Positions 40,341 to 53,443 of a stretch of 64,000 nucleotides of DNA are shown here, in pieces (positions within the stretch are counted from its first letter, which is position 1; every line of letters begins with the position of its first letter). The notes beneath the pieces are model-generated. The model did not search any database. It saw only the letters and a list, made by a program, of their open reading frames with translations, and had not been told where the DNA came from. Source of the DNA: Eledone cirrhosa (taxonomy: Eukaryota); the NCBI GenBank assembly GCA_964016885.1, contig CAXHJY010001328.1, positions 1 to 64,000 of the forward strand, in the 5' to 3' direction. The position numbers and the translations under genes are program-made.

Positions 40341-43300
40341 AATAATAATAATAATAATGAAATTATTGCGTAAAGTACTCAGGTGCACTACAACTCATCA
40401 AAGGTGCCTGTGTAGTACATAGAATAATGTACAAATGTCAGGGAAGTGAATAGTGTATGAGTCATGATATACATGTGTGTATGTGTATGGAGGGGGAACA
40501 TTAGGTGTAGTGTTGGGGAAGCATGGAGGCCTTAAAGGATGCAGTGTCTCGACAGCTAACAACCGATGCAGGTAGTTTGTTCCATGCTTCAGAAACTCTG
40601 AGCATGAAAAAATGTTTCCGAAAGTCATGGGAACTGTACTGTTTTCTGACTTTGTGGGCATGCCCATGTGTGTTAGACACATGGAAATCAAAAAGGTACT
40701 CAGGGTTGTTGGCAAGATGGTTAACAATTTTGTGGGTGTTTACCAAGTTAGTTGCCAGGCGTCGGAGCTTCAATGTATCCATGCCCAGGGAAGCAAGGCG
40801 CTCAGAGTATGGTAGATGCCTGATGGAGGGTATTCGCTTGCACATCTCTGAACAGTTTCCAGGCGGTCAATGTTCTGAGCAAGATAGGGGTTCCTGACTG
40901 GTGATGCAAATTCTAAGTGTGGCCGCACCATAGCCATGTACACCCTTAAATAGATAGCTGGAGAGCGACTGACAAAGGTCTTTCTGAGTGATGCTGAGAC
41001 ACCCTCGGCCCTCTTGACAATTTTAGAGACGTGCTTTGTCCAATGCAAATCACTGCTGACCGTAATGCCCAGGTCACGTTCACAAGAAGACTTCTTGATA
41101 TTAGTGCTGTGGAGGGAGTATGTGGACGCTGGGTTTTTACTCCCAAAATGCATGGTGGTGCACTTGTCCACAGCTAGCTTGAGTTGCCAGTCTGAGATCC
41201 ATTGTTGCATTGTGTCCAAGTCAGACTGCAAGCAAGATCTATAGTGTTCAGGATCTGTCCTTTTTATCTCAAGGTACAGCTTGATGTCATCTGCGTACTT
41301 TAGTACTGTGGCATTCTTTAAGTTGGCATCTATGTCATTAATATATGCCACAAACAAAAGGGGGCCAAGAACAGATCCCTGTGGTACACCAGATGACATC
41401 TCATATGGTGAGGAATGCTGTCCCAGAACCGTGACTACCTCTCTTCGACTGAGAATGAAGGACTTCAACCAGTAAAAAGATCATCCTTCACACCCATTGC
41501 AGAGAGTTTTGCCATAAGCCTTTTGTGTGGTACAGAATTGAAAGCTTTCGCAAAGTCAAGGTAAACAACATCCACCCATGAGCCGCCATCATTGATCCAG
41601 ATGATGTCTTCAAGAAATTTGATAAGTTGATCACAGCAGCTGGAGTTGGGGATAAATCCAAATTGCGAGGGCCGGATAAGACTGTGAGAGTTCCAGAAGT
41701 TCCAAAGTGTTTCTCTGACACAGGATTCCATCAGTTTGGCAATGCAACTAGTAAGACTGACTGGACGATAGTTCACAGGTGATATGCGGTCACCCTTTTT
41801 GAACAGAGGAATGACACTGGTAGTTTTCCACTGTTCTGGAGTAGCACCGTTGTTCAGATAGAATTGGAAGAAGCTTGATAACTGGTGCAGAAGGAAGTAC
41901 CCACCACGTTTAAGAAGCAGGTACATAACACCATCAAGACCAGGAGAGGCATGGTTGCGTTTATTTTTTAGGTGATGTCGTAGCATTGCAGGTGTAAATT
42001 CCATGGTTGTAATAGAGTCCAGTGTCATAGGTGGTGGAGATGGTACACTCTGGTCTTCAATAGTGAAAATGCCTGCATAGCATTCAGCAATGAACTCTGC
42101 ACATTCCTTGGGGTCGTCAGTAACCTGGCTTGTGTGGGGATTGTGAAGAGGACCAACTGGAGAGTGATGCTTCTGCTTTGAGTGAACATACTTCCAGAAC
42201 ACCTTACTGTCAGGGCTGGTTGCTATGCGCTGCTCAAATTGAAGCACTGCCTTTTTTGTCACCTTTTGAGGTGGTTGGACGATCTATTTCGCCTCTTCCT
42301 ATTAATGTCTGATTTGTGAAGTTTGTACTCACGTTCAGCATTGCGACATTCTTTTCTGGCAAGACGGACTGCTGCAGTCTCCCAAATTGCACTTTTGGGG
42401 TGTTTTTTCCACTTACGTGGCACCGATGCTGCACATGCTGTCCATATTGAGCTCAGGATGTTCTGGAGTACAGTGTTGACATCTCCAGAGTCGTAGAACT
42501 CAAGCCAGTTTGGCCGTTGCAGCTTGGTGCAGTAACAGTTAGTTCCAGTCTGCTTTATTCCAGTCAAAGTGAGCAGTTTGGAGATGGTTGTGGTTCTTGT
42601 TACTGCCCATGAGGGATAGATTGGCAATGATCATAGCATGATCAGAGTCACCCAAAGGTTCCTCAGCAGTAACACTAATGACCGTTTCAGGAGTAGTGGT
42701 GAAGAGTAGGTCCAAAGTGTTGTCACCTCTTGTTGGGGAGGTGACTACTTGGGACCAATTCGAGTCCAGCACTAGCTCAAGGAAGTCATTTGCACTTGGC
42801 GGCCAACAAAAGGTTTCCCAGTCAATCTCAGGGTGATTGAAGTCTCCTGCAATAAAAACATAAGTGGCTGTTCTCCTGGCAGCAGCTCTGAGGATATCAC
42901 AAAGTTGAGTGTGCTGATGGTAATTTGGGGGACGGTAAACGACTCCAAGTAGCAGTGTTGACATGGTCATACGTATATAGCAGAAAAAAACTTCCTGCTG
43001 TGATTGGTTCAAATCAATACAAGGAATTGCCAACAAATTTGACCGAACGTAGACCATTACACCACCACCACCACGATTAATGCAGTCTTTATGAAACAGG
43101 TTGTAGCCAGTTATGCTGAAAACCCCATCACAGAGTAAGGGATGTGCCCAAGTTTCCGTGACTGTAATGAAGTCAGGGTTGATACTTTTGACGTAGGAGT
43201 CAAAAAGATGAATCTTATTGCATAGACTACGTGCATTCAAGGACAACAATTTGTACCTTGATTCCAGTATATGATTATGTGCAGGGGATGGCAGGTTGTT

Positions 43301-44590
43301 CTGATTTAGTTTCCCAGAGTTTTTTCAGTTTCTTTATTGTCTCAGTTGTTGTGGGTACAGTGTTTTCAGACCAGCTGGTATCTCTTTTCCATGTTTCACC
43401 AGCCTTAACAAACTTCCATATCTGCCCATCATCTCGTAGGCTGAAGCTTTCATGTTCTGCCGAGCTGCGGTTTAAGGAAGCTGCAGCACACAACTTTGGG
43501 CGGACATCAGATGGAAGACCAGGGCGTGTTCGGAAAGCAATCCGACTTTCACGCCTAGCTTTATCAGAGGCTACAAGGTATGAACGTGTCTCAGTTGAGT
43601 TCGAAAACGACAGTCTAATTAGCCTGAGTTTCGGGCCTTGTCGGCCAAGGCGTAGAGCACCCTTTGCGGGAGCACAGCCCAAGTCTTTGGATGAACTGGC
43701 AGCAAATGCCTGAAGATCAACAATGTCTTCTGGTACACCAATGGCAATCACTTCATGGTTTGCAGATTCAGTGGCATTCTCAATACATCTAGGTTCAACA
43801 TGAAGTACGCGGAGATTTTTTAACAAGGCACTTCGGGAAAATCCCTCATTGTGGGGTTCTACACGAACGCTTGATTTTATTCCCGCTATTTCTCGGCTTA
43901 AAGCGGAAATCCTTTGCCGTATTTCCTCAAACTCTGTATTGACGGTCGATTTTTGTTGTTGTTCTTCTCCTTCAACAGGCATGGTAGGAGAAGACACAGT
44001 CGTCGGTTGTTGTTGTTGAAAAGTAACGGGGGAGGAAGACATGGGTTGCTGTTGTTGATGAAGTCCTTCAACAGGGGTAGCAGCAGAAGCTACGGTCGTT
44101 GGTTTTTGCTGTTGTTCAGGAACAATGATAGAGGAAGACATGATCTTCTGTTTTTGTTGTTGTTGTTCCGTAGCAATGGTAGAGGCAGGCATACAGTCCA
44201 GCCACTGAAAGGACCAATTTGTTAGCTGGACCATCTCCCAGAGTCTATCCATCATAGCAATATGATGTTTCTTGTTTTGGCCTGGGATCTTCCGCATTGA
44301 AGGCAGACAGAGATGTGACAGGTTCCACATTCAACCCAACGATTACGGAACGAGTTTTCGGGTTCCGTACAGATATGGCAGATGTGATTTTCTGGGCAAT
44401 GTTCTATTTTGGAACATCGAACAGTTTTGTCGCATACTTCATCGGAAATCAAAAAGGTGCTCAGGGTTGTTGTTGGCAAAATGGTTGAGCAAGCATACTC
44501 ATTTACAGGCTTTTTCATCCCATTGAATGAGAGCCGTACAGAGCTGTTATACTAGTCGCGAATTATTAAACATAGTTCGCCATACGTAAC
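40341..44590 (-). mobile_element. Near full-length CR1-group LINE family B (ORF1 plus APE-RT ORF2), frameshifted
   Basis: ORF1 remnants 43275-44518 (Cys-rich PHD-like start, Q-rich linker, coiled coil, RLGRQGPKLRLIRLSF). Endonuclease 42539-43249 (NARSL, VTETW, VYRPP, GDFNHP, LDLLF, SDH). RT in 41465-42262 and 40770-41468 ([21 protein letters not shown]). The 5' boundary is approximate. Confidence 0.92.
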
Positions 44591-44730
44591 TCAACACGCG
44601 AAGCCCATAAAGATGTTGATCCTGACATCGATGAAGGAAATTTGGCACTACCATGCTATTAGCTGTCAGAAGTGAAAGTTTCGTCAACCTTCTCAATCGT
44701 AAACATCGTTTAATTCCGTATTACCACGCA

Positions 44731-45169
44731 TTATTTTAATAAAGCATATCGATGTAAGTGGAGTTACTTAAATGAAAATATAGAAAACAAATTTAAGTTA
44801 ATTAGAAAACAAGTCATGGTTATCAAATAAATTGGATTTAATCATTTATATTTTCATAGTCATGGTTATCAATGTAGAAAACAAGTCATTTTCACCAACA
44901 GTGGAGTTAACTTAAATAAAAATATAGGTGGCCCTTAAAAGGGCCAAATTAGAAAACAAATATATGGTTATCAAATTTTTTTCACCAACCCTATACGTGA
45001 AATTGATAACCATGACTATGAAAATATAAATGATTAAATCAAATTTATTTGATAACCATGACTTGTTTTCTAATTAACTTAAATTTATTTTCTAATTTGG
45101 CCCTTTTAAGAGCCACCTATATTTTCATTTAAGTAACTCCACTTACATCGATATGCTTTATTAAAATAA
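44731..45169. mobile_element. AT-rich foldback / MITE-like inverted repeat
   Basis: Arms 44731-44873 and 45002-45169 are near-perfect reverse complements apart from an indel. The centre reuses arm sub-blocks. Confidence 0.85.
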
Positions 45170-45263
45170 CTGTTTCTACTTTTGGCTCAAGGCCAGCAAT
45201 TACCCAGTACATTACTGGTACTCTATTTTATCGACCCCGTAACGTAAGGATGAAAGGCAAAGT
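45170..45263 (-). mobile_element. SINE family 1, 3' half
   Basis: Tail and core are present; the head is replaced by the CRE element. Confidence 0.85.
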
Positions 45264-47470
45264 GAACACAAAGACATCATGTCCGCCATCAGGTCCTTCC
45301 CAGCTAGCAGCTGCGGAGGCGTTGATGGTCTCCGACCAGGCCGCCTCAAGGAGTTGATATCCCCCCCCTCTCCGCTGAGGCTGGGCGCTGCCTTCTGAGT
45401 GCAATTGTGGCGCTCACCAATAGGCTCATCTATGGCGCCCTGGACCCTTACGCCTGAGGCCTCTTTTTTTCGGCCAGCCTCACCGCTCTCAGGAAGAAAG
45501 AGGGTGGCATACGCCCCATTGCTGTGGGCAATGTCTTCCGGAGGCTGGCTGCCCAGGTGATCTGCAAGTCCATAACACACGAACTGGGTGAGGAGTTTAG
45601 TCCGGTGCAGCTGGGTGTCGGCGTGTCCGGTGGTTGTGAAGGAGCCACTCATGCAACCAGGCAGTTCTTCAACAGCTGCCCATTGGAACCGGCGTCCAGG
45701 GACTCCAGGCACCTCATTGTCAAGCTTGACATGAGGAATGCCTTCAACTCTTTATGCCAGGATCATCTGCTCGAGGCCTGCCTCAGCCGAGCCCCCTCTG
45801 CCTATCCGCTGGCCTACCTGTCGTATGGAGCCCCGAGCATGATCCTAGCTGCTGATACGGTCATACCCTCGGCTACTGGGGTCCAACAGGGCGACCCTTT
45901 GGGACCCCTCCTGTTCGCCCTTGGTATTGACCACATCGCCTGGAGTATCACGGCTCCTCTCAATGTTTGGTATCTGGATGATGCTACGTTGGGCGGGCCC
46001 TTTGCGGATGTTCTGCCATGACCTTCAATCAGTGGTTCCTGCCCTGGCATGAATTGGCCTCCAGGTCAACTCGGCCAAGTCGGAGGTGGTGAATGTCAAC
46101 CCCGATGCTGCGAGCTTTGCAGCCTCCGTTTTGGATGTGCAGTCCATTCTCTGCCAGGTTCAGGTGACCCCCAAAGAGGATGTCCTCATCCTTGGGTCAC
46201 CGATCCACCTGCCGGCAATCTGCTCCACCATCAGGTCCAGGCTTCAACAGCTCCAGACTCTCACGAGCTGACTGGCCGTGATTGACGGCCACCAAGCTCT
46301 CTTTCTGCTGAGGAACTGCTTCGCCATGCCGAAGCTCCTCTATACACTCCGCAGTGCTCCGTGCTACACCCAGACATCTCTCCTCACTGACCTCGATACT
46401 TGTATCCGAGCAGCAGCTGAGGAGATATGCAACGTTAAATTTGACGACATAGGGTGGCAACAGGCCACTTTATCTGTCAGGTATGGCGGCCTTGGCCTCC
46501 GGTCCCCGATCTCACTAGCTTTGCCGGCGCATCTTTTGTCGGTAACCTCATGCCGCGTCCTCGTCAGTAGGGTTCTTCAAAACACAACAGAACCCTCTGT
46601 GTTCAGAGAACGTGAGGCCAGCCGCCTGTGAGACGTGGGACCGCCTGGGACTTAGCACAGTAGACGTCCCTCCTCCTTCTCTCCCTGTTGACGTCAAGTC
46701 TCCACAACGCACTTGGGATGCCATCCAGTGCAGCCTGGCCTCAGACAGGCTCACGTGCCAGCTCGACCAGCACCGCCTTGCTTGTTTTCGTGTGGCCTCC
46801 AAACCCCAGTGGTGCCTGACTCCATGCCCTGCCCTCCTTCTCCACTGGCATGCAGCAAGACAACCATAGCCTGTGTATCAGCGTTTCCCTGAGGCTTGGC
46901 CTTCGGATCTGCGAGCCACACCAATGTCGCTGCAGTTCCACCGTGGACTCTTTTGGCCTCCGGCCGCATTCCACGCAATGCTGCCCTCAACGAGGTCATT
47001 AAGTATGGCTTGGATGCTGCTGGCTTCCCTTCCCAGCTTGAGCCAGTGGGGCTGGATCAAGGGGACGGCAAAAGGCCAAATGGCATGACCATCTTCCCAT
47101 TCCGCGGTTGCAAACCCTTCGTCTGGGATGCCACTTGCACCGACACTTTCTGCAGCCACAACCTGGTGCAGTCTGTGACTGACCCAGGTTTTGCTGCACG
47201 TCGGGCTGAGGGGGCCAAACTCCTCAAATACGGGTCGCTCTTTGACAGGTTTGCAGTCGTAACCCTGGCAGTGGAGACTTCTGGTGTCCTCAGCCCCGGG
47301 GCTACCTCCTTACTTACCACCATAGGTGCTGAGCTGGCCAGCCACAGGTGTGAGCCCCGCGAGTTGGAGTAGCTTTTCCAGCGCGTCTCTCTTGCCGTCC
47401 TCCGGGGAAACGCCTTTCCATTCTGTCCGCCGGGGCTGTGGGTGGGCCCCATTGTGTACCATTGTAGAAG
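45264..47470 (+). mobile_element. CRE-clade non-LTR retrotransposon (RT plus restriction-like endonuclease), 5'-truncated and decayed
   Basis: GGIRPIAVGNVFRRL, QLGVGVSGGCE, KLDMRNAFNSL, GVQQGDPLGPLLF, WYLDD, GGLGLRS, RNAALNE..LEP..DGKRPNG..WDATC, AVETSG, FQRVSLAVLRGNA. Visibly GC-rich; stops and frameshifts. Confidence 0.88.
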
Positions 47471-48018
47471 AAACAGGAAGACAACAACAATATATTTATA
47501 TACGCAGATGATCTAACTCTCATAGCTGAATTTTGTGGGTGTTTGCCAAGTCAGTTGCCAGGCGGAAGTTATATGCCATACATCAACTTAATAATGAGAA
47601 AGTTAGTTATATTACTAGATCTCTCCAAATTATTCATTATTTTGAAAATTATTTCAAAATTAAAGGCAGTGTCTTTCATTAGAAATATAACGAAAGAGTT
47701 AAGAAAAGACAAGATGGACATCATAGATTGAGTGGTCACAGCTAGAACACCTTTAGTCATTGATCTGAGTTGACCTAGATCAAAACTTAACCATCACCAT
47801 CATCTCCAGCACCACCATCATTATCCCCATTACTACGATCATCATCATCACTGCCATTATATTCCCCATCCTTACCATCACCATAATCATCATGACCACC
47901 AGCATCATCACCATCATGATCATCATATTAGTTATTCATCTATATTTTTTATATGTTAGTGTATCACTTTAAAAAACCTCTGAAGCTCATCCTGGCTTCT
48001 ATACATGTTATTAAGAAC

Positions 48019-48305
48019 AGATTCAAACTATGCAGTGTGGAAATGCCTCAACAGACTAAGATTTGGTGTTGGACGTGCAAATGTCAATCTTACAAAATGA
48101 GGATATTTAAAGGATGGGGACGTTGTGTGTGACTGCAACATCGAACCACAGACTACACAGCACCTCCTGATATGCCTCCTGCTGGAACACCCCTGCACAG
48201 TATTGGACTTGGCAGAGTTTAATGAGAAGGACAGCAATGTGTTCAGTTGTGGTGGAAACACATCTAACAAGCTTTCTAACTGACATTCTTGTGGACACAA
48301 GAAGA
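48019..48305 (+). mobile_element. Vingi/Ingi-like LINE 3' fragment
   Basis: WKCLNRLRFGVGR...CDC.IEPQTTQHLLIC (CCHC-type knuckle); terminal GGACACAAGAAGA. Confidence 0.7.
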
Positions 48306-49429
48306 TTTAAAGTGCCTTACCATTGGTAACACAGCTGTCTCACATATAGTAGATGTGAGTTCCTGCAGATGGTTGTCCACTTTTTTCCATCTCTTGGAGT
48401 ATATATACTCAACTTGTTGGACTATTTTATAGCCAAACCTGCATTGTAGCAGCTACTATAAGCTAACATACTTTTAAAATTCAAATTTGTTGAAACTTCA
48501 TAAAATGATTATTTCTTTGTTTATATATATATACCAGCAGAATAGCTCATTGTTGTTGCCGGGCAATTTTTCACCATAGAATGTTTTTCTTTCAATTTCT
48601 TTTTTTTTTATATTCCATATCTCCCCCATGTCTCATCTCCCAATATTCTCCATGAATCATCAATCAACCCCAAGGTGGTTTCTATGGAAATTTACTCAGT
48701 GGAGCTGTATATTGAAGTGTTATCAGTGGCTTGTTGTGTACTTTAGCATCAGCATCTTCACATAAATATTGGGTGACCTTTGTGAAGACAACTGCATTAT
48801 AGCAAAAACAATGCCCCCTACTGACAGCATAGATGGATGGAATAATAAGGTTATGTTGAAGGAATGCATGAGACAATCAATAAAAGCCAGACTACTTAAA
48901 TTGTCACAATAACAGTGATTGATAGTATTACTATTTTCTGTTTTATTTTTGTTTTTCTTTTATCCTGTTTGGAATTAAGAAACCACATGCACCCAAAGAC
49001 TTTCTCCTTGGGATGCAGATTTCAAAAATCAAATCCATTTTTCTCTAGGATGCCCCATTTCAGAGCCTTTTGTAACATACACTCTCAAATATATAGTAGA
49101 TATATCATCATCAACATCATCACTATTTAATGATTATTTCCCATGTTTGCATGGATTAAACTGGTTGTCTTGTTATGAAGCAGAACAGGTTAGGTGACCT
49201 TATCTTACTCATGCAATCTGTTTTGGGCTTGGTTTTCTATACATGGATGCCCTTCCTAATGCCAACCATATTACAAATACTGGGAGTTTTTTTTTTTTGT
49301 GACACCTGCAGTAATATTTAACAGGGTAGACTAGGTGCTTTGTTGTAGCACCAGTAAAACCACTTTACAAGGTGGACTGGGTGCTTTTCGTCATGACACC
49401 AGCACAACCACTTTACAGAGTGGATTGGA

Positions 49430-49460
<31 letters not shown>

Positions 49461-49903
49461 CTAGCGGAAAACTGCCCACCGGGTGGTTTTCTGCTAGTAT
49501 ATATATATATTACACACACAGAAATGTATATATATTTCCGTGTGTGTATATATATATATATTACACACACACACAGAAATGTATATATGTTTCTGTAGCA
49601 CTCCTCAATTCCCCCTCTCTCCCTCCCGCTATCCCCCTCTTGTAGTCTGTCTCTTTCTTTCACTCTCACTCTCTCTCTACGCGTGCGCAAAAACCATTCG
49701 CACACGCGCACGTGTTTTAGCGTCTATTCACTCTCTCTCTCTCCCTCTCTCCCTCCTGCTATCCCCCTCTCGTAGTCTGTCTCTTTCTTTCACTCTCACT
49801 CTCTCTCTACGCGTGCTCAAAAAACATTCGCACGCGTGCACGTGTTTCCACTGTCGGACAGACAGACAAACAGAGAAATTGTTGGTTATATATTATAAGG
49901 AGA
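49461..49903 (-). mobile_element. Complete non-autonomous Helitron-like element
   Basis: Minus strand A|TCTCCTTATAATATATAACC ... CTAGCAGAAAACCACCCGGTGGGCAGTTTTCCGCTAG|T; inserted between A and T with no TSD. Confidence 0.78.
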
Positions 49904-50053
49904 TATACGTTCACACAAAAACATACAAAACACATACACTCACATACAAATGAATATTGACACTATATATATATATATGTGAGTACATATGCATATGTGT
50001 ATATATATGTGTGTATGTATATGTGTGTATGTATGTATGTGTATGTGTATATG

Positions 50054-50084
<31 letters not shown>

Positions 50085-50098
50085 GTATGTGTGTGCAT

Positions 50099-50977
50099 GG
50101 GAGAGATGACCCCTTAGCCTTTGTCAAGGCAGAATTCTAGGAGAAGGAAAACTCTGATATAACACCTGCAACCCTGATGGTATCCAATGATGTTGACTTG
50201 TTCTTCTTTTTGGTAAATATCATCTTGGTTAAGAGAGTGGGACTGGCTTTGTGCAGTGCCTTTGCTCACTATAAAAGCTTCACGGCACAGGCATTGCTTT
50301 ATATCTGGAGATCTCTCTGCACTTGTCGTCACATGGTACCATGGGCCCAGCACTATGTGTCAATAATTGTCACAAGTGTAGTGTTTGTACCAGAGTTTTC
50401 AAGTCGCTGGCTGGACTAAAAAGTCACACTTGTTTAGCGCATCGGTAGGGGTTCTCCTACATGGATATAAAGTAGTGGCCGTACTCGAAAACGAGTTGGC
50501 AGCCACCATGTATGTATATATATGTGTATGTATGTATGTATGTATGTATGTAAGTATGTATATGTCCGGGAGAGATGACCCCTTAGCCTTTGTCAAGGCA
50601 GAATTCTAGGAGAAGGATACTCTGATATAACACCTGCAACCCTGATGGTATCCAATGATGTTGACTTGTTCTTCTTTTTGGTAAATATCATCTTGGTTAA
50701 GAGAGTGGGACTGGCTTTGTGCAGTGCCTTTTCTCACTATAAAAGCTTCACGGCACAGGCATTGCGTTATATCTGGAGATCTCTCTGCACTTGTCGTCAC
50801 GTGGTGCCATGGGCCCAGCACTGTGTGTCAATAATTGTCACAGGTGTAGTGTTTGTACCAGAGTTTTCAAGTCGCTAGCTGGACTAAAAAGTCACACTTG
50901 TTTAGCACATCGGTAGGGGTTCTCCTACATGGATATAAAGTAGTGGCCGTACTTGAAAACGAGTTGGCAGCCATCAT
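50099..50977 (+). mobile_element. Tandem dimer of a short (about 410 bp) RTE-derived non-autonomous element
   Basis: Units 50099-50509 and 50568-50977. Each has GGAGAAGGA(A)AACTCTGA near the start, a C2H2 remnant KCSVCTRVFKSLAGLKSH...H*, a terminal hairpin and an ATGT-type tail. Confidence 0.7.
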
Positions 50978-51148
50978 ATATGTGTGTATATGTGAATGTG
51001 TGTGCGTGAGTGTGTGTACGTGTGTGTTGTTATATATTCTTATTTATTATCCCCCCCCCCCCTTTTTTTTTCTTTTCCTCCAGTCTCACTTTTATATCTG
51101 TTATATTTTTGTTTTTCAAATCCACTGTCAATAAAGACACCAGGAATT

Positions 51149-51208
51149 TTTCATTCTGATGAATGAAAGCAATTTTGGTTGCTTTCAAGAAACCACTGGT
51201 AAATGAAA
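51149..51208 (+). ncRNA. Minimal type I hammerhead ribozyme
   Basis: Stem I TTTCATT/AATGAAA; CTGATGA 51156-51162; stem II TGAAAGCAA/TTGCTTTCA; GAAA 51189-51192; stem III CC-act-GG; triplet GTA 51199-51201. Confidence 0.85.
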
Positions 51209-51301
51209 TAATTATCTTATGTTGTTTATTACATAACTAAAAAAAAAATATATATATATTTTTTTTTTGTTGATCACATACTGTATCAAACAATTGGCCA
51301 T

Positions 51302-51337
<36 letters not shown>

Positions 51338-51429
51338 TATATATATATTTATGTGTGTGTGTAAATATATATATATTTTCTGCCCGCCAAAATGCGATTC
51401 TCGCTGAATCTTTATTTGTATTTATATAA

Positions 51430-51472
<43 letters not shown>

Positions 51473-51491
51473 TGTGTGTGTGTGTGTGTGA

Positions 51492-51526
<35 letters not shown>

Positions 51527-51961
51527 ATGGCCAATTGTTTGATACAGTATGTGGTCAACAAGGATTGTAAATATTTAATTAGTGATTGTACCTCATCTAC
51601 AAGGGAAGTTTTCCACTTCATTGCCTCCCAGTGACTGATCATATCCACACTGCTTCCTACAAGCATGTACTTGTACACTTACCTACTGACTTAGCAGTTA
51701 ACAGCGAAGCTAACAGTCAATTGTCTTATCACTGCCATCATCATCACCCTCATCACTATCCTCCCTCTATCCTCTCCTCCACCCCCTCTTCCCCTTCATC
51801 ATCATCACCACCACCACCATCATCATCTTCATCATCATCATCATCATCATTATCATCATATTACTAAATATTTACAAATTCTTGATGATTTTTTTTATAC
51901 CAAATATGTTGAAAATCATAAGCAGTGACTTTTATTAGAAATATATTGATAAAAGGATTAA

Positions 51962-53443
51962 TTACTGGGGCCTCTAACTAGGAAATATTGTTTATACAGC
52001 TTACTGGGGCCTCTAACTAGGAAATATTGTTTATACAGCTTACTGGGGCCTCTAACTAGGAAATATTGTTTATACAGCTTACTGGGGCCTCTAACTAGGA
52101 AATATTGTTTATACAGCTTACTGGGGCCTTTAACTAGGACTATATTGTTTATACAGCTTACTGGGGCCTCTAACTAGGAAATATTGTTTATACAGCTTAC
52201 TGGGGCCTCTAACTAGGAAATATTGTTTATACAGCTTACTGGGGCCTTTAACTAGGACTATATTGTTTATACAGCTTACTGGGGCCTCTAACTAGGAAAT
52301 ATTGTTTATACAGCTTACTGGGGCCTCTAACTAGGAAATATTGTTTATACAGCTTACTGGGGCCTCTAACTAGGAAATATTGTTTATACAGCTTACTGGG
52401 GCCTTTAACTAGGAAATATTGTTTATACAGCTTACTGGGGCCTCTAACTAGGAAATATTGTTTATACAGCTTACTGGGGCCTCTAACTAGGAAATATTGT
52501 TTATACAGCTTACTGGGGCCTCTAACTAGGAAATATTGTTTATACAGCTTACTGGGGCCTCTAACTAGGAAATATTGTTTATACAGCTTACTGGGGCCTC
52601 TAACTAGGAAATATTGTTTATACAGCTTACTGGGGCCTTTAACTAGGAAATATTGTTTATACAGCTTACTGGGGCCTCTAACTAGGAAATATTGTTTATA
52701 CAGCTTACTGGGGCCTTTAACTAGGAAATATTTTTTATACAGCTTACTGGGGCCTCTAACTAGGAAATATTATTTATACAGCTTACTGGGGCCTCTAACT
52801 AGGAAATATTATTTATACAGCTTACTGGGGCCTTTAACTAGGAAATATTGTTTATACAGCTTACTGGGGCTTCTAACTAGGACTATATTGTTTATACAGC
52901 TTACTGGGGCTTCTAACTAGGACTATATTGTTTATACAGCTTACTGGGGCCTCTAACTAGGAAATATTGTTTATACAGTTTACTGGGGCCTTTAACTAGG
53001 AAATATTGTTTATACAGCTTACTGGGGCCGCTAACTAGGAAATATTGTTTATACAGCTTACTGGGGCATCTAACTAGGACTATATTGTTTATACAGCTTA
53101 CTGGGGCTTCTAACTAGGACTATATTGTTTATACAGCTTACTGGGGCCTCTAACTAGGACTATTACTTATACAGCTTACTGGGGCCTCTACCTAGGACTA
53201 TTACTTATACAGCTTACCGGGGCCTCTAACTAGGAAATATTGTTTATACAGCCTCTAACTAGGAAATATTGTTTATACAGCTTACTGGGGCCTCTACCTA
53301 GGACTATTATTTATACAGCTTACTGGGGCCTCTAACTAGGACTATATTGTTTATACAGCTTACTGGGGCCTCTAACTAGGATATATCGTTTATACAGCTT
53401 ACTGGGGCCTTTAACTAGGACCATATTGTTTATATGGCTTACT
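51962..53443. repeat. 39-bp minisatellite, about 38 copies
   Basis: Unit TTACTGGGGCCTCTAACTAGGAAATATTGTTTATACAGC. Confidence 0.98.
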
